A DNA stretch of 64,000 nt. Source: Deltaproteobacteria bacterium (lineage in GTDB: Bacteria; Myxococcota; Kuafuiibacteriia; Kuafuiibacteriales; Kuafuiibacteriaceae). Positions 20,851 to 28,987 of this stretch are shown here, piece by piece; positions within the stretch are counted from its first letter, which is position 1, and every line of letters starts with the position of its first letter. The position numbers and the translations under genes were made by a program. Under the pieces are notes generated by a model. The model did not search any database, had not been told where the DNA came from, and saw only the letters and a list, made by a program, of their open reading frames with translations. The stretch lies in the NCBI GenBank assembly GCA_040218735.1, contig JAVJQW010000067.1:96001-160000 (forward strand). The letters are read 5' to 3'.

Positions 20851-22431
20851 ATGGCACAGCTCCCCCTAGGACTCGGCGCGCGCAAGCGCGACGACGACGA
20901 CCGGCCGGCGCGCACGGTCCTCTCCGTGGGGCAGGTGCAAAACCAGCTGCGCCGCACCGTCGAGGGGCGCTTCCGTCACGTCGCGGTGCAGGGGGAGATC
21001 TCCAACCTGCGCGTCCCCGGATCCGGGCACGCGTACTTCACGCTCAAGGACCGGCACGCCGCGCTGAAGGCGATGATGTTCCGCGACGACCTTCGGCAGG
21101 TCGCGTTCCGTCCCAAGAACGGGCAGGAGGTCGTCGCCGCCGGGCAGGTCTCCATCTACGAGAAGAGCGGCGATCTCCAGCTCGTCGTCCGCACCCTGGA
21201 GATCGCCGGCGTCGGCGCGCTGTACGAGAAGTTCGAGCGCAACAAGGCGGAGCTGATCGAACGCGGCCTCACCGCGCCCGAGAACAAACGCCCCATCCCG
21301 CGCTATCCGCGGCGCATCGGCGTCGTCACCAGCCACCACGGCGCTGCGCTGCGCGACGTGCTGCGCACGATCGATCGCCGCGACCCACGCGCGCACGTCA
21401 TCCTGGTCGACACCAAGGTGCAGGGGCGCTCCGTCGAGTTCGAGATCCGCACCGCGATCAAACGCCTCGACGCGAGCGGGCTGGTCGACGTGATCATCCT
21501 TTGCCGCGGCGGCGGGAGCCTGGAGGATCTCTGGGCCTTCAACGAGCTGCCCGTCGCGCACGCGATCGTCGAAGCCCAAACACCGATCGTCACCGGCATC
21601 GGCCACGAGACCGACACCACCATCGCGGACCTCGTCGCTGACGCCGTCGCCTCCACGCCCACGGCGGCCGCCGAGCGCTGCGTCCCGATCCGCGCGGACG
21701 TCATCGCGCGCATCGAGCGGCAAGAGAGCCGGCTGCAACGTAACCTGCACGCCCGCCTCACGGCCGCTTCGCGTGACCTCTTCCGCCTCCAGGATCGGCT
21801 GCGCGATCCCACCGCGACGATCCGCGCCCGCGCGCAGCAGATCGACGATCTCACGCTCCGCGCCGAGCGCGCCGTAGACGCGAAGCTCAAAGCCGAAGCG
21901 GATGGCCTCCGCACCCTCGAGCACCGCCTCCGCGAGCACGCCCCCGCGGCGAGCGTCGCCCGCACCCGCGAGCGGCTCGACGCCGCGACGGCGCGACTCG
22001 AACCGCTCATCCGACGCCGCATCGAAGCCGCGCGCACGCAGCTCGAAGCGGGGCGCGGACACCTCGATCCCCTCGTCCGTCGACGCATCCACGACGAACG
22101 GCAACACCTCGACCGCCTGGCCCGCTCGCTCACCCCCGCGGCCGAGCGCCACGTGCGAACGCAGCGAGGTCGGCTGGACGCCACCGTCGCCGATCTGGGC
22201 CCCGCCTCAGAGCGCGCCCTCGCCGCCCGCGGCGAACGGCTCACGCGCGTGCTCGGCCGGCTCGAGGCGCTCAGCCCGCTGAAGGTCCTCGGCCGCGGCT
22301 ACGCCGTGGTGCGGGACGAAGAGGGCCACGTCGTGGCGTCGAAGGACGCCGTGGCCCCGGGCGATCGGGTCACGGTTCGGGTCGCCGACGGGCGCTTCGC
22401 GGCGCGCGTCGAGGACGACCAAGAGCGTTGA
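20851..22431 (+). CDS. xseA: Exodeoxyribonuclease VII large subunit
   Basis: VQGEISN..SGHAYFTLKD, IGVVTS..GAALRD, RGGGSLEDLWAFN, GIGHETD, TPTAAAE, LSPLKVLGRGY. Confidence 0.96.
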   Translation: MAQLPLGLGARKRDDDDRPARTVLSVGQVQNQLRRTVEGRFRHVAVQGEISNLRVPGSGHAYFTLKDRHAALKAMMFRDDLRQVAFRPKNGQEVVAAGQVSIYEKSGDLQLVVRTLEIAGVGALYEKFERNKAELIERGLTAPENKRPIPRYPRRIGVVTSHHGAALRDVLRTIDRRDPRAHVILVDTKVQGRSVEFEIRTAIKRLDASGLVDVIILCRGGGSLEDLWAFNELPVAHAIVEAQTPIVTGIGHETDTTIADLVADAVASTPTAAAERCVPIRADVIARIERQESRLQRNLHARLTAASRDLFRLQDRLRDPTATIRARAQQIDDLTLRAERAVDAKLKAEADGLRTLEHRLREHAPAASVARTRERLDAATARLEPLIRRRIEAARTQLEAGRGHLDPLVRRRIHDERQHLDRLARSLTPAAERHVRTQRGRLDATVADLGPASERALAARGERLTRVLGRLEALSPLKVLGRGYAVVRDEEGHVVASKDAVAPGDRVTVRVADGRFAARVEDDQER

Positions 22432-22464
22432 CCTCGGGTGCCCTTCGACGCGACAAGTCCTCCC

Positions 22465-22692
22465 GTGTCCGAAGCGCGCCCCACGTTCGAAGGCCTCATC
22501 GAGGAGCTCGAGGGGATCGTCGAGCGCCTGGAGTCGAGCGAGCTGTCCCTGGAGGACGCGATCGACGCGTACCAGCGCGGCGTCACGCTCGCGAAGGAGG
22601 GGCACCAGCGCCTGCAGGACGCCGAGCAGCGCATCGAACGCCTCACCCGCGACGGCCGGACCGTCCCGCTCGACGGTGCCGAGGGGGCCTGA
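22465..22692 (+). CDS. xseB: Exodeoxyribonuclease VII small subunit
   Basis: TFEGLIEELEGIVERLESSELSLEDAIDAYQRG; lies between xseA and ispA. Confidence 0.93.
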   Translation: MSEARPTFEGLIEELEGIVERLESSELSLEDAIDAYQRGVTLAKEGHQRLQDAEQRIERLTRDGRTVPLDGAEGA

Positions 22693-23555
22693 TGCTCCTC
22701 GACCTCGCCCAGGCGCGCGTCGAGCCGGCGCTCATCGAAGCGCTCGAACGCATCGGCGCCCCCCTCCCCGCGGACGGACCCGCCGGCGCCCACGCGGTGC
22801 CCGCCCGCCTCGCCGAGGCGATGAAGTACGCCGTGACCTCGCCGGGTAAGCGCCTGCGCCCGGCGCTGGTGCTCGGCGGCGCCCACGCGGTCGGTGCCGA
22901 GGTCGACGACGTGCTCCCCGCGGCGTGCGCGGTGGAGATGGTGCACGCCTACTCGTTGGTGCACGACGACCTCCCCGCGCTCGACGACGACGACACCCGG
23001 CGCGGCCTCCCCGCGTGCCACAAGAAGTTCGACGAAGCGACCGCGCTCCTCGCGGGTGACGCGCTCCTGACCGAAGCGCTCGCGCTCGTCGCCGACCCGC
23101 GCCCCCTCGCTGCGGGCCGCCCGATCGACGCCGCGCGCCGCGCCGCGGCGACGACGGAGCTCGCGCGCGCGATCGGCGCAGCGGGGATGGTCGGCGGACA
23201 ACAGGACGACGTCACGCTCGGCGAGGACGCCACCCGCACGCAGCTCTACACGATCCACCGCCGCAAGACCGGGCGCCTCATCGCGGCGTCGGTCGCGTTG
23301 GGGGCGATCGTCGGAGGGGGGTCGGACGAAGACATCGCGGCCCTGCGCGCGTTCGGCGCGGACATCGGCCTCGCGTTTCAGCTCGTGGACGACATCCTCG
23401 ACGCGGACGGCGTCGTGCCCCACGTCGGGAACGACGCGGCCCGCCAGGAAGCCGTGGAGCTCACGGTCCGCGCGACCGAACGACTTCAACGCTTCGAAGG
23501 CCGCGGCGCCCCGCTCGCCGAGGTCGCGGAGCAGATGGCGGAGCGCATCCGATGA
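22692..23555 (+). CDS. ispA: Farnesyl/geranylgeranyl diphosphate synthase
   Basis: GKRLRP, HAYSLVHDDLPALDDDDTRRG, AGDALL, GMVGGQ, KTG, FQLVDDILD. Confidence 0.93.
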   Translation: MLLDLAQARVEPALIEALERIGAPLPADGPAGAHAVPARLAEAMKYAVTSPGKRLRPALVLGGAHAVGAEVDDVLPAACAVEMVHAYSLVHDDLPALDDDDTRRGLPACHKKFDEATALLAGDALLTEALALVADPRPLAAGRPIDAARRAAATTELARAIGAAGMVGGQQDDVTLGEDATRTQLYTIHRRKTGRLIAASVALGAIVGGGSDEDIAALRAFGADIGLAFQLVDDILDADGVVPHVGNDAARQEAVELTVRATERLQRFEGRGAPLAEVAEQMAERIR

Positions 23556-23812
23556 AACGCCTGCTGATCGTCCTCCTCTTCGCCGTCGGGAGCCTCCGCT
23601 GCTCGGGTCCGTGCCAGACCCGCTCGGACTGCGACGACGGGGAGTTCTGCAACTTCAACACCGGGGACTGCGTCACCGGCTGCGAGTCCGACGGCGACTG
23701 CAGCCCGTCCACGTACTGCGACACGACCAAGGGCCAGTGCGCGTTGCGCAACATCGTCCGCCCCATCCCGGACGGCGGCACGACCACCAGCACCGCCCCC
23801 GACGCCGGATGA
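23552..23812 (+). CDS. Small secreted Cys-rich protein (two C-x-x-x-x-DC units)
   Basis: MKRLLIVLLFAVGSLRC signal; CQTRSDC..FC..C and CESDGDC..YC..C; ATGA overlaps at both ends. Confidence 0.8.
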   Translation: MKRLLIVLLFAVGSLRCSGPCQTRSDCDDGEFCNFNTGDCVTGCESDGDCSPSTYCDTTKGQCALRNIVRPIPDGGTTTSTAPDAG

Positions 23813-24585
23813 AGCCGAGGAAGTCGCGCGTGGACGCCCTCCTCGTGGAACGCGGGTTCGCCGACGACCTCCGCGTGGCGCGCGGCCTGCTGATGGCCGG
23901 GCGTGTGATGATCACCGAACCGAACCGCGGCGAACGCAAGATCGAGAAGGCCGGCGAGCCGGTCGACGTCGCGTCCTCGCTGCGCCTCGTGAACGACCAC
24001 CGGCGCTTCGTCTCCCGCGCCGGCGACAAACTCGACGGCGCGCTCGACGCCTTCGGGCTCGACGTCACCGGCCTCACGATCGTCGACCTCGGCCTGTCGA
24101 CCGGCGGCTTCACGGACTGCCTCCTCACCCGCGGCGTCGCGCGCGTGCACGGCGTCGACCTCGCGCAGGGGATCGTCGACTGGAAGCTGCGCACCGACGA
24201 TCGCCTCGTCCTCCACGAACGCACCGACGCCCGCACGGTCACGCGCGAAGCCCTCGGCATCGAACCCGACGGCTCGGACCGCGTGGACGGCGTGACCATC
24301 GACGTCTCGCTCGTCTCGCTCACCGACATCCTCGGCGCCGCCGCCGGCCTGCTGGACCCGGGCGGGTTCGTCGTCGCGCTGATCAAACCGCAGTACGAGG
24401 TGCTGCCCTCCGTCCTCGTCGACGGCATCGTGGAAGACGACGCCGCGCGCGCCGCCGCAATCGACGAGGTCACCGCGTTCGCGGGCTCGGTCGGGCTCGA
24501 CGCGCAGAGCGTCGTGGCGTCCTCGGTGCGCGGGACGAAGGGCAACCAGGAGCACCTCGCCCACTTCGTCCGGAGGGCGCCGTGA
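23809..24585 (+). CDS. tlyA: TlyA family rRNA 2'-O-methyltransferase
   Basis: S4 domain RVDALLVERG; FVSRAGDKL, DLGLSTGGFTDCLL, LIKPQYE, GTKGNQE. Confidence 0.93.
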   Translation: MKPRKSRVDALLVERGFADDLRVARGLLMAGRVMITEPNRGERKIEKAGEPVDVASSLRLVNDHRRFVSRAGDKLDGALDAFGLDVTGLTIVDLGLSTGGFTDCLLTRGVARVHGVDLAQGIVDWKLRTDDRLVLHERTDARTVTREALGIEPDGSDRVDGVTIDVSLVSLTDILGAAAGLLDPGGFVVALIKPQYEVLPSVLVDGIVEDDAARAAAIDEVTAFAGSVGLDAQSVVASSVRGTKGNQEHLAHFVRRAP

Positions 24586-25559
24586 GGATCGAGCACCTCG
24601 TCCTCGGCACCCTGGTCGACAACGCCCCCGTCGCGCGAACCTACGCGCTGCGCCCCGGCGTGTCGGTGATCGTCGTGGACGACCCCGACGCGGTCGCGTC
24701 CGCCGTGCGCGACACCCTGACGCGCCCCGAGCGCGACGGCTCCGTGGTCCCGTTCGTCAGCGTGGAGATCCAGCACGACGACATCATCCTCACCGTCGCC
24801 GACGACGCCGCGGGCGGGGTCCGCATGATGACGCGCGGTCGCGCCGGCGCGATCCCCGAGGTGCTGGAGATCCACCGCTCGGATCCGGAGGAGATCATCG
24901 ACGGGGGCCTCGACACGATCTTCTCCGCCGTCGCCCACGCGGCCGGCGCGAAGGACATCGAAGACGTCGCGCCCTCGCTCGCGGTCGTCGACGCGGACGC
25001 CGTCGTCGACGACATGTCGCCGCAGGCGCGCCGCTTCCTGGAGTCCTCGCGCCGCGCGCAGGAGCTCGCCGCCGCGGTGCGCGGCATCGACGATCAGATG
25101 ACGGCCTCCGTCGTCCCCGATTGGCTGTGGATCGCGACGGGCGTCGGCGGCCTCGGCGTCTTCTGCACCGCGATCGCGTTTCTGTACCCCGAGCTGCGCG
25201 TCATCCTCGTCGCGGCGCTCGTCGTCCTGTCGGTGATCGGCTTCTCCGCGTACGGCTACCGCGCCGCGCAGGAGATGAAGACACGCGCACGCCTCCAGGA
25301 CGAGCGCGCCAAGCTCCGCGCCCGCCGCGAAGACGCCCGCGCCGAGGCGCGCGCCTTCTCGGATGAGCTCGTCGCCGCAGGCACGGACCCCAACGCGCTG
25401 TTGGTCGCCCTCGGTGATCTCCCGCGCGAGGCCCCGGCGATTTTGGGCGCGACCGACCTCGACCTCGCAGCGCTCGCGGACTCGGGGCGCCAAGTCCTCG
25501 TTTTTTCGCGGCATCCGCCGTCCGACGAAGACTGCCTCGTCCGCCCGGCCGACGCCTGA
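24582..25559 (+). CDS. Membrane protein with two TM helices flanked by coiled coils; degenerate SMC/YhaN-like termini
   Basis: GTGA overlap with tlyA; two hydrophobic helices; N-terminal MRIEHL..LRPGVSVIV and C-terminal RQVLVFSRH. Confidence 0.7.
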   Translation: MRIEHLVLGTLVDNAPVARTYALRPGVSVIVVDDPDAVASAVRDTLTRPERDGSVVPFVSVEIQHDDIILTVADDAAGGVRMMTRGRAGAIPEVLEIHRSDPEEIIDGGLDTIFSAVAHAAGAKDIEDVAPSLAVVDADAVVDDMSPQARRFLESSRRAQELAAAVRGIDDQMTASVVPDWLWIATGVGGLGVFCTAIAFLYPELRVILVAALVVLSVIGFSAYGYRAAQEMKTRARLQDERAKLRARREDARAEARAFSDELVAAGTDPNALLVALGDLPREAPAILGATDLDLAALADSGRQVLVFSRHPPSDEDCLVRPADA

Positions 25560-25629
25560 CGCGCTTGGTTCGGATGAGGGCGGTCACGCCCCACGAAACC
25601 GATGTTCGGTGGAGGAATAGTGTCCTTTC

Positions 25630-25847
25630 AGCCGGCGTTGCACCAACAGAACGACGCAAGGGCCGACAAAACGAGCCCGGTTCGTTCGAGCCAGTAACCG
25701 AGGGTTGAAACGCCCGACCCCTCCCCGGCCCGTGCAGGCCCTCGGACTACTGGCGTTCTTTCGCAGTTGGGTTTTGGCCCCGGGGAGTGGTGGTCGTTGA
25801 AGAAGGGGCAGCTTCGACGGTCGTCATTCTCCGGGGTCTCTTTTTTC
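25630..25847 (+). ncRNA. Candidate structured ncRNA or cis-regulatory leader (unassigned family)
   Basis: Lies in a ~335-nt intergenic gap. TAGTGT -10-like hexamer at 25618. Stems 25649-54/25682-87, 25690-96/25748-54 and 25698-704/25739-45, then a 25-bp hairpin plus U tract. Confidence 0.55.
25778..25846 (+). terminator. Long intrinsic-terminator-like hairpin
   Basis: 25778-25802 pairs with 25812-25836 at 25/25 positions (7 G-U), followed by TCTCTTTTTT. Confidence 0.75.
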
Positions 25848-25894
25848 CCCACCATCGGTCACCCATCCGAATCGATGTTTGCGACACTCCATCC

Positions 25895-26785
25895 ATGAAG
25901 GCACCGCGCTTCGTCGAAGGGGGCCGCATCGGCGTCTTCGCGCCCGCGAGCGCGTTTGATCCCGAACGTTTCAAGCGCGGCGTAAGTACGCTGGAAGGCC
26001 TGGGGTTCGAGGTCGTCCTCCACCCGCAGCTCGCGCTGAAAACGGGCTTCCTCGCGGGGGCCGACGACGCGCGCATCGACGCGTTCCTCGAACTGCTCGC
26101 CGACGACAGCATCGACGCCCTCATCGCCGCGCGCGGCGGATACGGTGTTCATCGACTCCTCCCCCGCCTCGACCCGGCCGTCGTCGCCGCTGCGAACAAA
26201 CCGATCGTCGGGTTCTCGGATCTGTCGGCGCTGCACGCGGTCGCGCAGCGCGGCGGGTTGGTCTCCTACCACGGCCCCGTCGTCACGCAGCTCGGCGACC
26301 TGTCGTACGACGACCACGCGGCGCTCGTCGACACGTTGGCGGGCCGCTGGTCGCGCACGATTCGCGCGGCGCACACGATCGTCGAAGGCGTCGCGGAAGG
26401 CCCGCTGATCGGCGGGTGCCTCTCCGTGCTCACGCCCCTTCTCGGCACGCCGTACCTCCCGCCGCTCGACGGCGCGATCCTCGTGCTCGAGGACGTCGGC
26501 GAGCCGCCCTACCGCATCGACCGCCAGCTCACGCACCTGGAGCTCGCGGGGGTGTTCGACCGCGTCGCGGGGATCGCCGTCGGCGAATTCGTGAACTGCC
26601 GTTCGCCGCGCGAGGGCGAGCAGTCCATCGACGAGGTCCTGGACGAACGTCTCGGTCGATGGGCCTGCCCGGTCGTCGCCGGGTTGCCGTTCGGACACGG
26701 AACGGTGAATCTCACGCTACCGCTCGGCGCCCATGCGCGGCTCGATGCCGCGGCGCGGACGCTCACGGTCGCGAGCCCGACTTGA
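25895..26785 (+). CDS. ldcA: LD-carboxypeptidase (peptidase S66)
   Basis: IGVFAPAS, ARGGYG, VGFSD (Ser), LEDVGE (Glu), PFGHG (His). Confidence 0.9.
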   Translation: MKAPRFVEGGRIGVFAPASAFDPERFKRGVSTLEGLGFEVVLHPQLALKTGFLAGADDARIDAFLELLADDSIDALIAARGGYGVHRLLPRLDPAVVAAANKPIVGFSDLSALHAVAQRGGLVSYHGPVVTQLGDLSYDDHAALVDTLAGRWSRTIRAAHTIVEGVAEGPLIGGCLSVLTPLLGTPYLPPLDGAILVLEDVGEPPYRIDRQLTHLELAGVFDRVAGIAVGEFVNCRSPREGEQSIDEVLDERLGRWACPVVAGLPFGHGTVNLTLPLGAHARLDAAARTLTVASPT

Positions 26786-27975
26786 CCTCACCGATCGACA
26801 TCTTCGCCGCGGGCGCCCGCGACGGCGTCTACCCCGGCGGACAGCTCGCCGCGTCGCGCGAGATGAAACGCATCGTCACCGCGGCGGTCGGACGCATCGG
26901 CCCCGGCCTCGAACCCACCAGCGACAAGGTCAACTACGACCTCGCCTCGCTCACCAAACCCCTCGCGACCACGGTCCTCGTCGGCAAGGCGCTGGAGACC
27001 GGGCTCTGTGATCTCACCGATCCGATCTGCAAGTTCGTGCCGGGCGTCGATCCCGAGATCCGCATCGAGCACGTGCTCGAACACTCCGCCGGCTTCCCCG
27101 CGCACCAACGCTTCGACCGGACGCTCCCCGACACCGTGACCCCCGGCTCCTGGGACGCCTGGCGCCACATCGTCTTCCGCGCCGCGCACACCCCGCGCAC
27201 CGCGCGTCCCGGCCTGAAGTCGGAGTACAGCGACATTGGCTTCATCCTCCTCGGCGCCGCGCTGGAGGTGATGTTCTGCCGGCCGCTGTCGATCGCCTAC
27301 GCGCAGCTCGGCACGCACCTGTTCTACCGCGACCGGCGGGGCACACCCGCGCTCCCCCCCTTCCTCCCGCCGTGGCCGATCGCCCCGACGGAGGACGACT
27401 GCGCCATCGGCTTCGTGCACGACGAGAACTGTCGCGCGATGGGCGGCGCGGCCGGACACGCCGGGCTGTGGGGCAACGCGGAGGGGACCCTCCTCCTCGC
27501 GGAGCAGCTCGTCGCCGCGTACCACGGCGATCGCCGGTGCCTCCTGCAGCCGGAGACCGTGCGCCGACTCTGGCAGCCCAGCCTCGTGAAGGGATCGACG
27601 CGCACGCTCGGGTTCGACCGTCCGTCGAAGGTCGGCAGCTCCACGGGCGGCCGGTGGCCGAGCTCCAGCGTCGGGCACCTCGGATTCACGGGGACCAGCC
27701 TGTGGATCGAGCCGGACCGCGCGCTGATCGTCGTCCTCGTGACCAACCGCGTGTGTCCGACGCGCGCGAACAACATGATCCGGCGCCTCCGGCCCGCGCT
27801 GCACGACGCCGCGTGGACGTCGTGGGCGCGCCCCATGGTGCGCCCCCGCAAACGCCGCGCCGCGGGCGTGCGTGCGCTCCCGCCGGACCGCGCACCCACG
27901 ATGCGAATCGAGATCGACAGCGGGGAGCGGCCGACGGACCCGCAGGTCCCGGCCAAGAAGCGGCGACGTCAGTAG
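26782..27975 (+). CDS. Serine hydrolase, beta-lactamase/class C fold (probably peptidoglycan recycling)
   Basis: DLASLTK (SxxK), YSDIGFILLG, VHDEN..GHAGL, GHLGFTGTSLWI; TTGA overlap with ldcA. Confidence 0.88.
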   Translation: MTSPIDIFAAGARDGVYPGGQLAASREMKRIVTAAVGRIGPGLEPTSDKVNYDLASLTKPLATTVLVGKALETGLCDLTDPICKFVPGVDPEIRIEHVLEHSAGFPAHQRFDRTLPDTVTPGSWDAWRHIVFRAAHTPRTARPGLKSEYSDIGFILLGAALEVMFCRPLSIAYAQLGTHLFYRDRRGTPALPPFLPPWPIAPTEDDCAIGFVHDENCRAMGGAAGHAGLWGNAEGTLLLAEQLVAAYHGDRRCLLQPETVRRLWQPSLVKGSTRTLGFDRPSKVGSSTGGRWPSSSVGHLGFTGTSLWIEPDRALIVVLVTNRVCPTRANNMIRRLRPALHDAAWTSWARPMVRPRKRRAAGVRALPPDRAPTMRIEIDSGERPTDPQVPAKKRRRQ

Positions 27976-28340
27976 TCGCGCAGGAACTGGCAGGCGCCGT
28001 CCTTCGCCTCCAGCTGCATCGGCATCAGGTCCTGGCTGGTGCTCGTCTTCACGAACAGCCCCACGCGCGACCAACCCGGGGAGACCGGACGCACGAACGC
28101 GAGCTCGACCGCGCTGTCGCGCAGCAGGCGCGCGCGCATGGAGGGGGTCTTCACCAGCTCGCGCAGCGCGGCTTCGTCCTTGGCGTTCGCGGCGGTGACG
28201 AGGCGCGTCGCGCAGTCGTCCGCTGCCGCGCCGAGCTGAAGGCCGCTCGACAGGAACACCCCGACCGCGATCAGCCCCGCGACGACGAGCGCGACCTTCG
28301 TGGAGGTGCGTCCGAAGATCGCGCGGAGCAGCTCACCCAT
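27969..28340 (-). CDS. Hypothetical membrane-anchored protein
   Basis: 123 aa with an N-terminal hydrophobic helix; overlaps the upstream exonuclease stop. Confidence 0.65.
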   Translation of the reverse strand: MGELLRAIFGRTSTKVALVVAGLIAVGVFLSSGLQLGAAADDCATRLVTAANAKDEAALRELVKTPSMRARLLRDSAVELAFVRPVSPGWSRVGLFVKTSTSQDLMPMQLEAKDGACQFLRDY

Positions 28341-28923
28341 CGGTCTTCTCCGGCTCGCGGATGTTGCCGTTCATCAGCGCGCAGAACACCGAAGCGAGGT
28401 GGCTGGCGTCGGCGCCGGCGTGATGCAGGCGGTCCAGGTCGATTTCCTCGTAATCCGTGAGGTAGCGCTTCACGTTCTTGAGGCTGGTGGCGTTCCAGGG
28501 GATGTCGAGGCGGCCCATCGCGAGCGCCTTCGTGTCGATCGCGGAGTGGCCGAACGGGTTGTCCACGTCCGCGTGACCGCAATAGTAGGTGAAGAACATC
28601 CAGTCGAACGGCGCGTTGTGTGCGACGAACACCGGGCGGTCCTTCGCCTTCGGTTTCCGCTGCGACTCGATCCACCCGACGATGCGGGACATGGCCCCCT
28701 CCGGGGAGAGGCCCTCGGACTCCAAGCGCACCGCGTCCAGGCCGTTCACGCGCATCGCCGCGTCCTCGAAACCCGGGAAGATGGGACGCAGCTCCACGTA
28801 CATCTCCTCGAAGCGCTGGTAGCGCCCCTCGAAGCGCCGCACGTGCGACACCCCGACCGACAGGAGGTTGTGGATCCCCGGGATCGGCCCCGAGGACTCG
28901 ACGTCCACGCAGAAGTAGTCCAA
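28333..28923 (-). CDS. DEDDh 3'-5' exonuclease
   Basis: CVDVESSG (Exo I), AHNAPFD (Exo II), HHAGADA (Exo III); probable TTG start. Confidence 0.88.
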   Translation of the reverse strand: MDYFCVDVESSGPIPGIHNLLSVGVSHVRRFEGRYQRFEEMYVELRPIFPGFEDAAMRVNGLDAVRLESEGLSPEGAMSRIVGWIESQRKPKAKDRPVFVAHNAPFDWMFFTYYCGHADVDNPFGHSAIDTKALAMGRLDIPWNATSLKNVKRYLTDYEEIDLDRLHHAGADASHLASVFCALMNGNIREPEKTDG

Positions 28924-28987
28924 CGCCCTGGCGTATAGCGGACCGAGCACAGCCGCGCCGCAAAAAAAGGAGTAGCATCCCCGGGGG

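Noticed and set aside
25630-25847. Identification as SRP, 6S, tmRNA, Pxr, retron msr-msd, or a c-di-GMP/cobalamin riboswitch
   Set aside because: Diagnostic motifs or contexts not seen (no SRP helix-8 motif, no tRNA-like ends, no adjacent reverse transcriptase). Left unassigned pending cmscan.
25628-25855. 75-aa minus-strand ORF across the structured region
   Set aside because: Atypical codon usage; the G-U pattern indicates function as a plus-strand RNA.
26782-27975. Beta-lactam resistance gene
   Set aside because: Motifs and coupling to ldcA fit a cytoplasmic serine hydrolase; no signal peptide.
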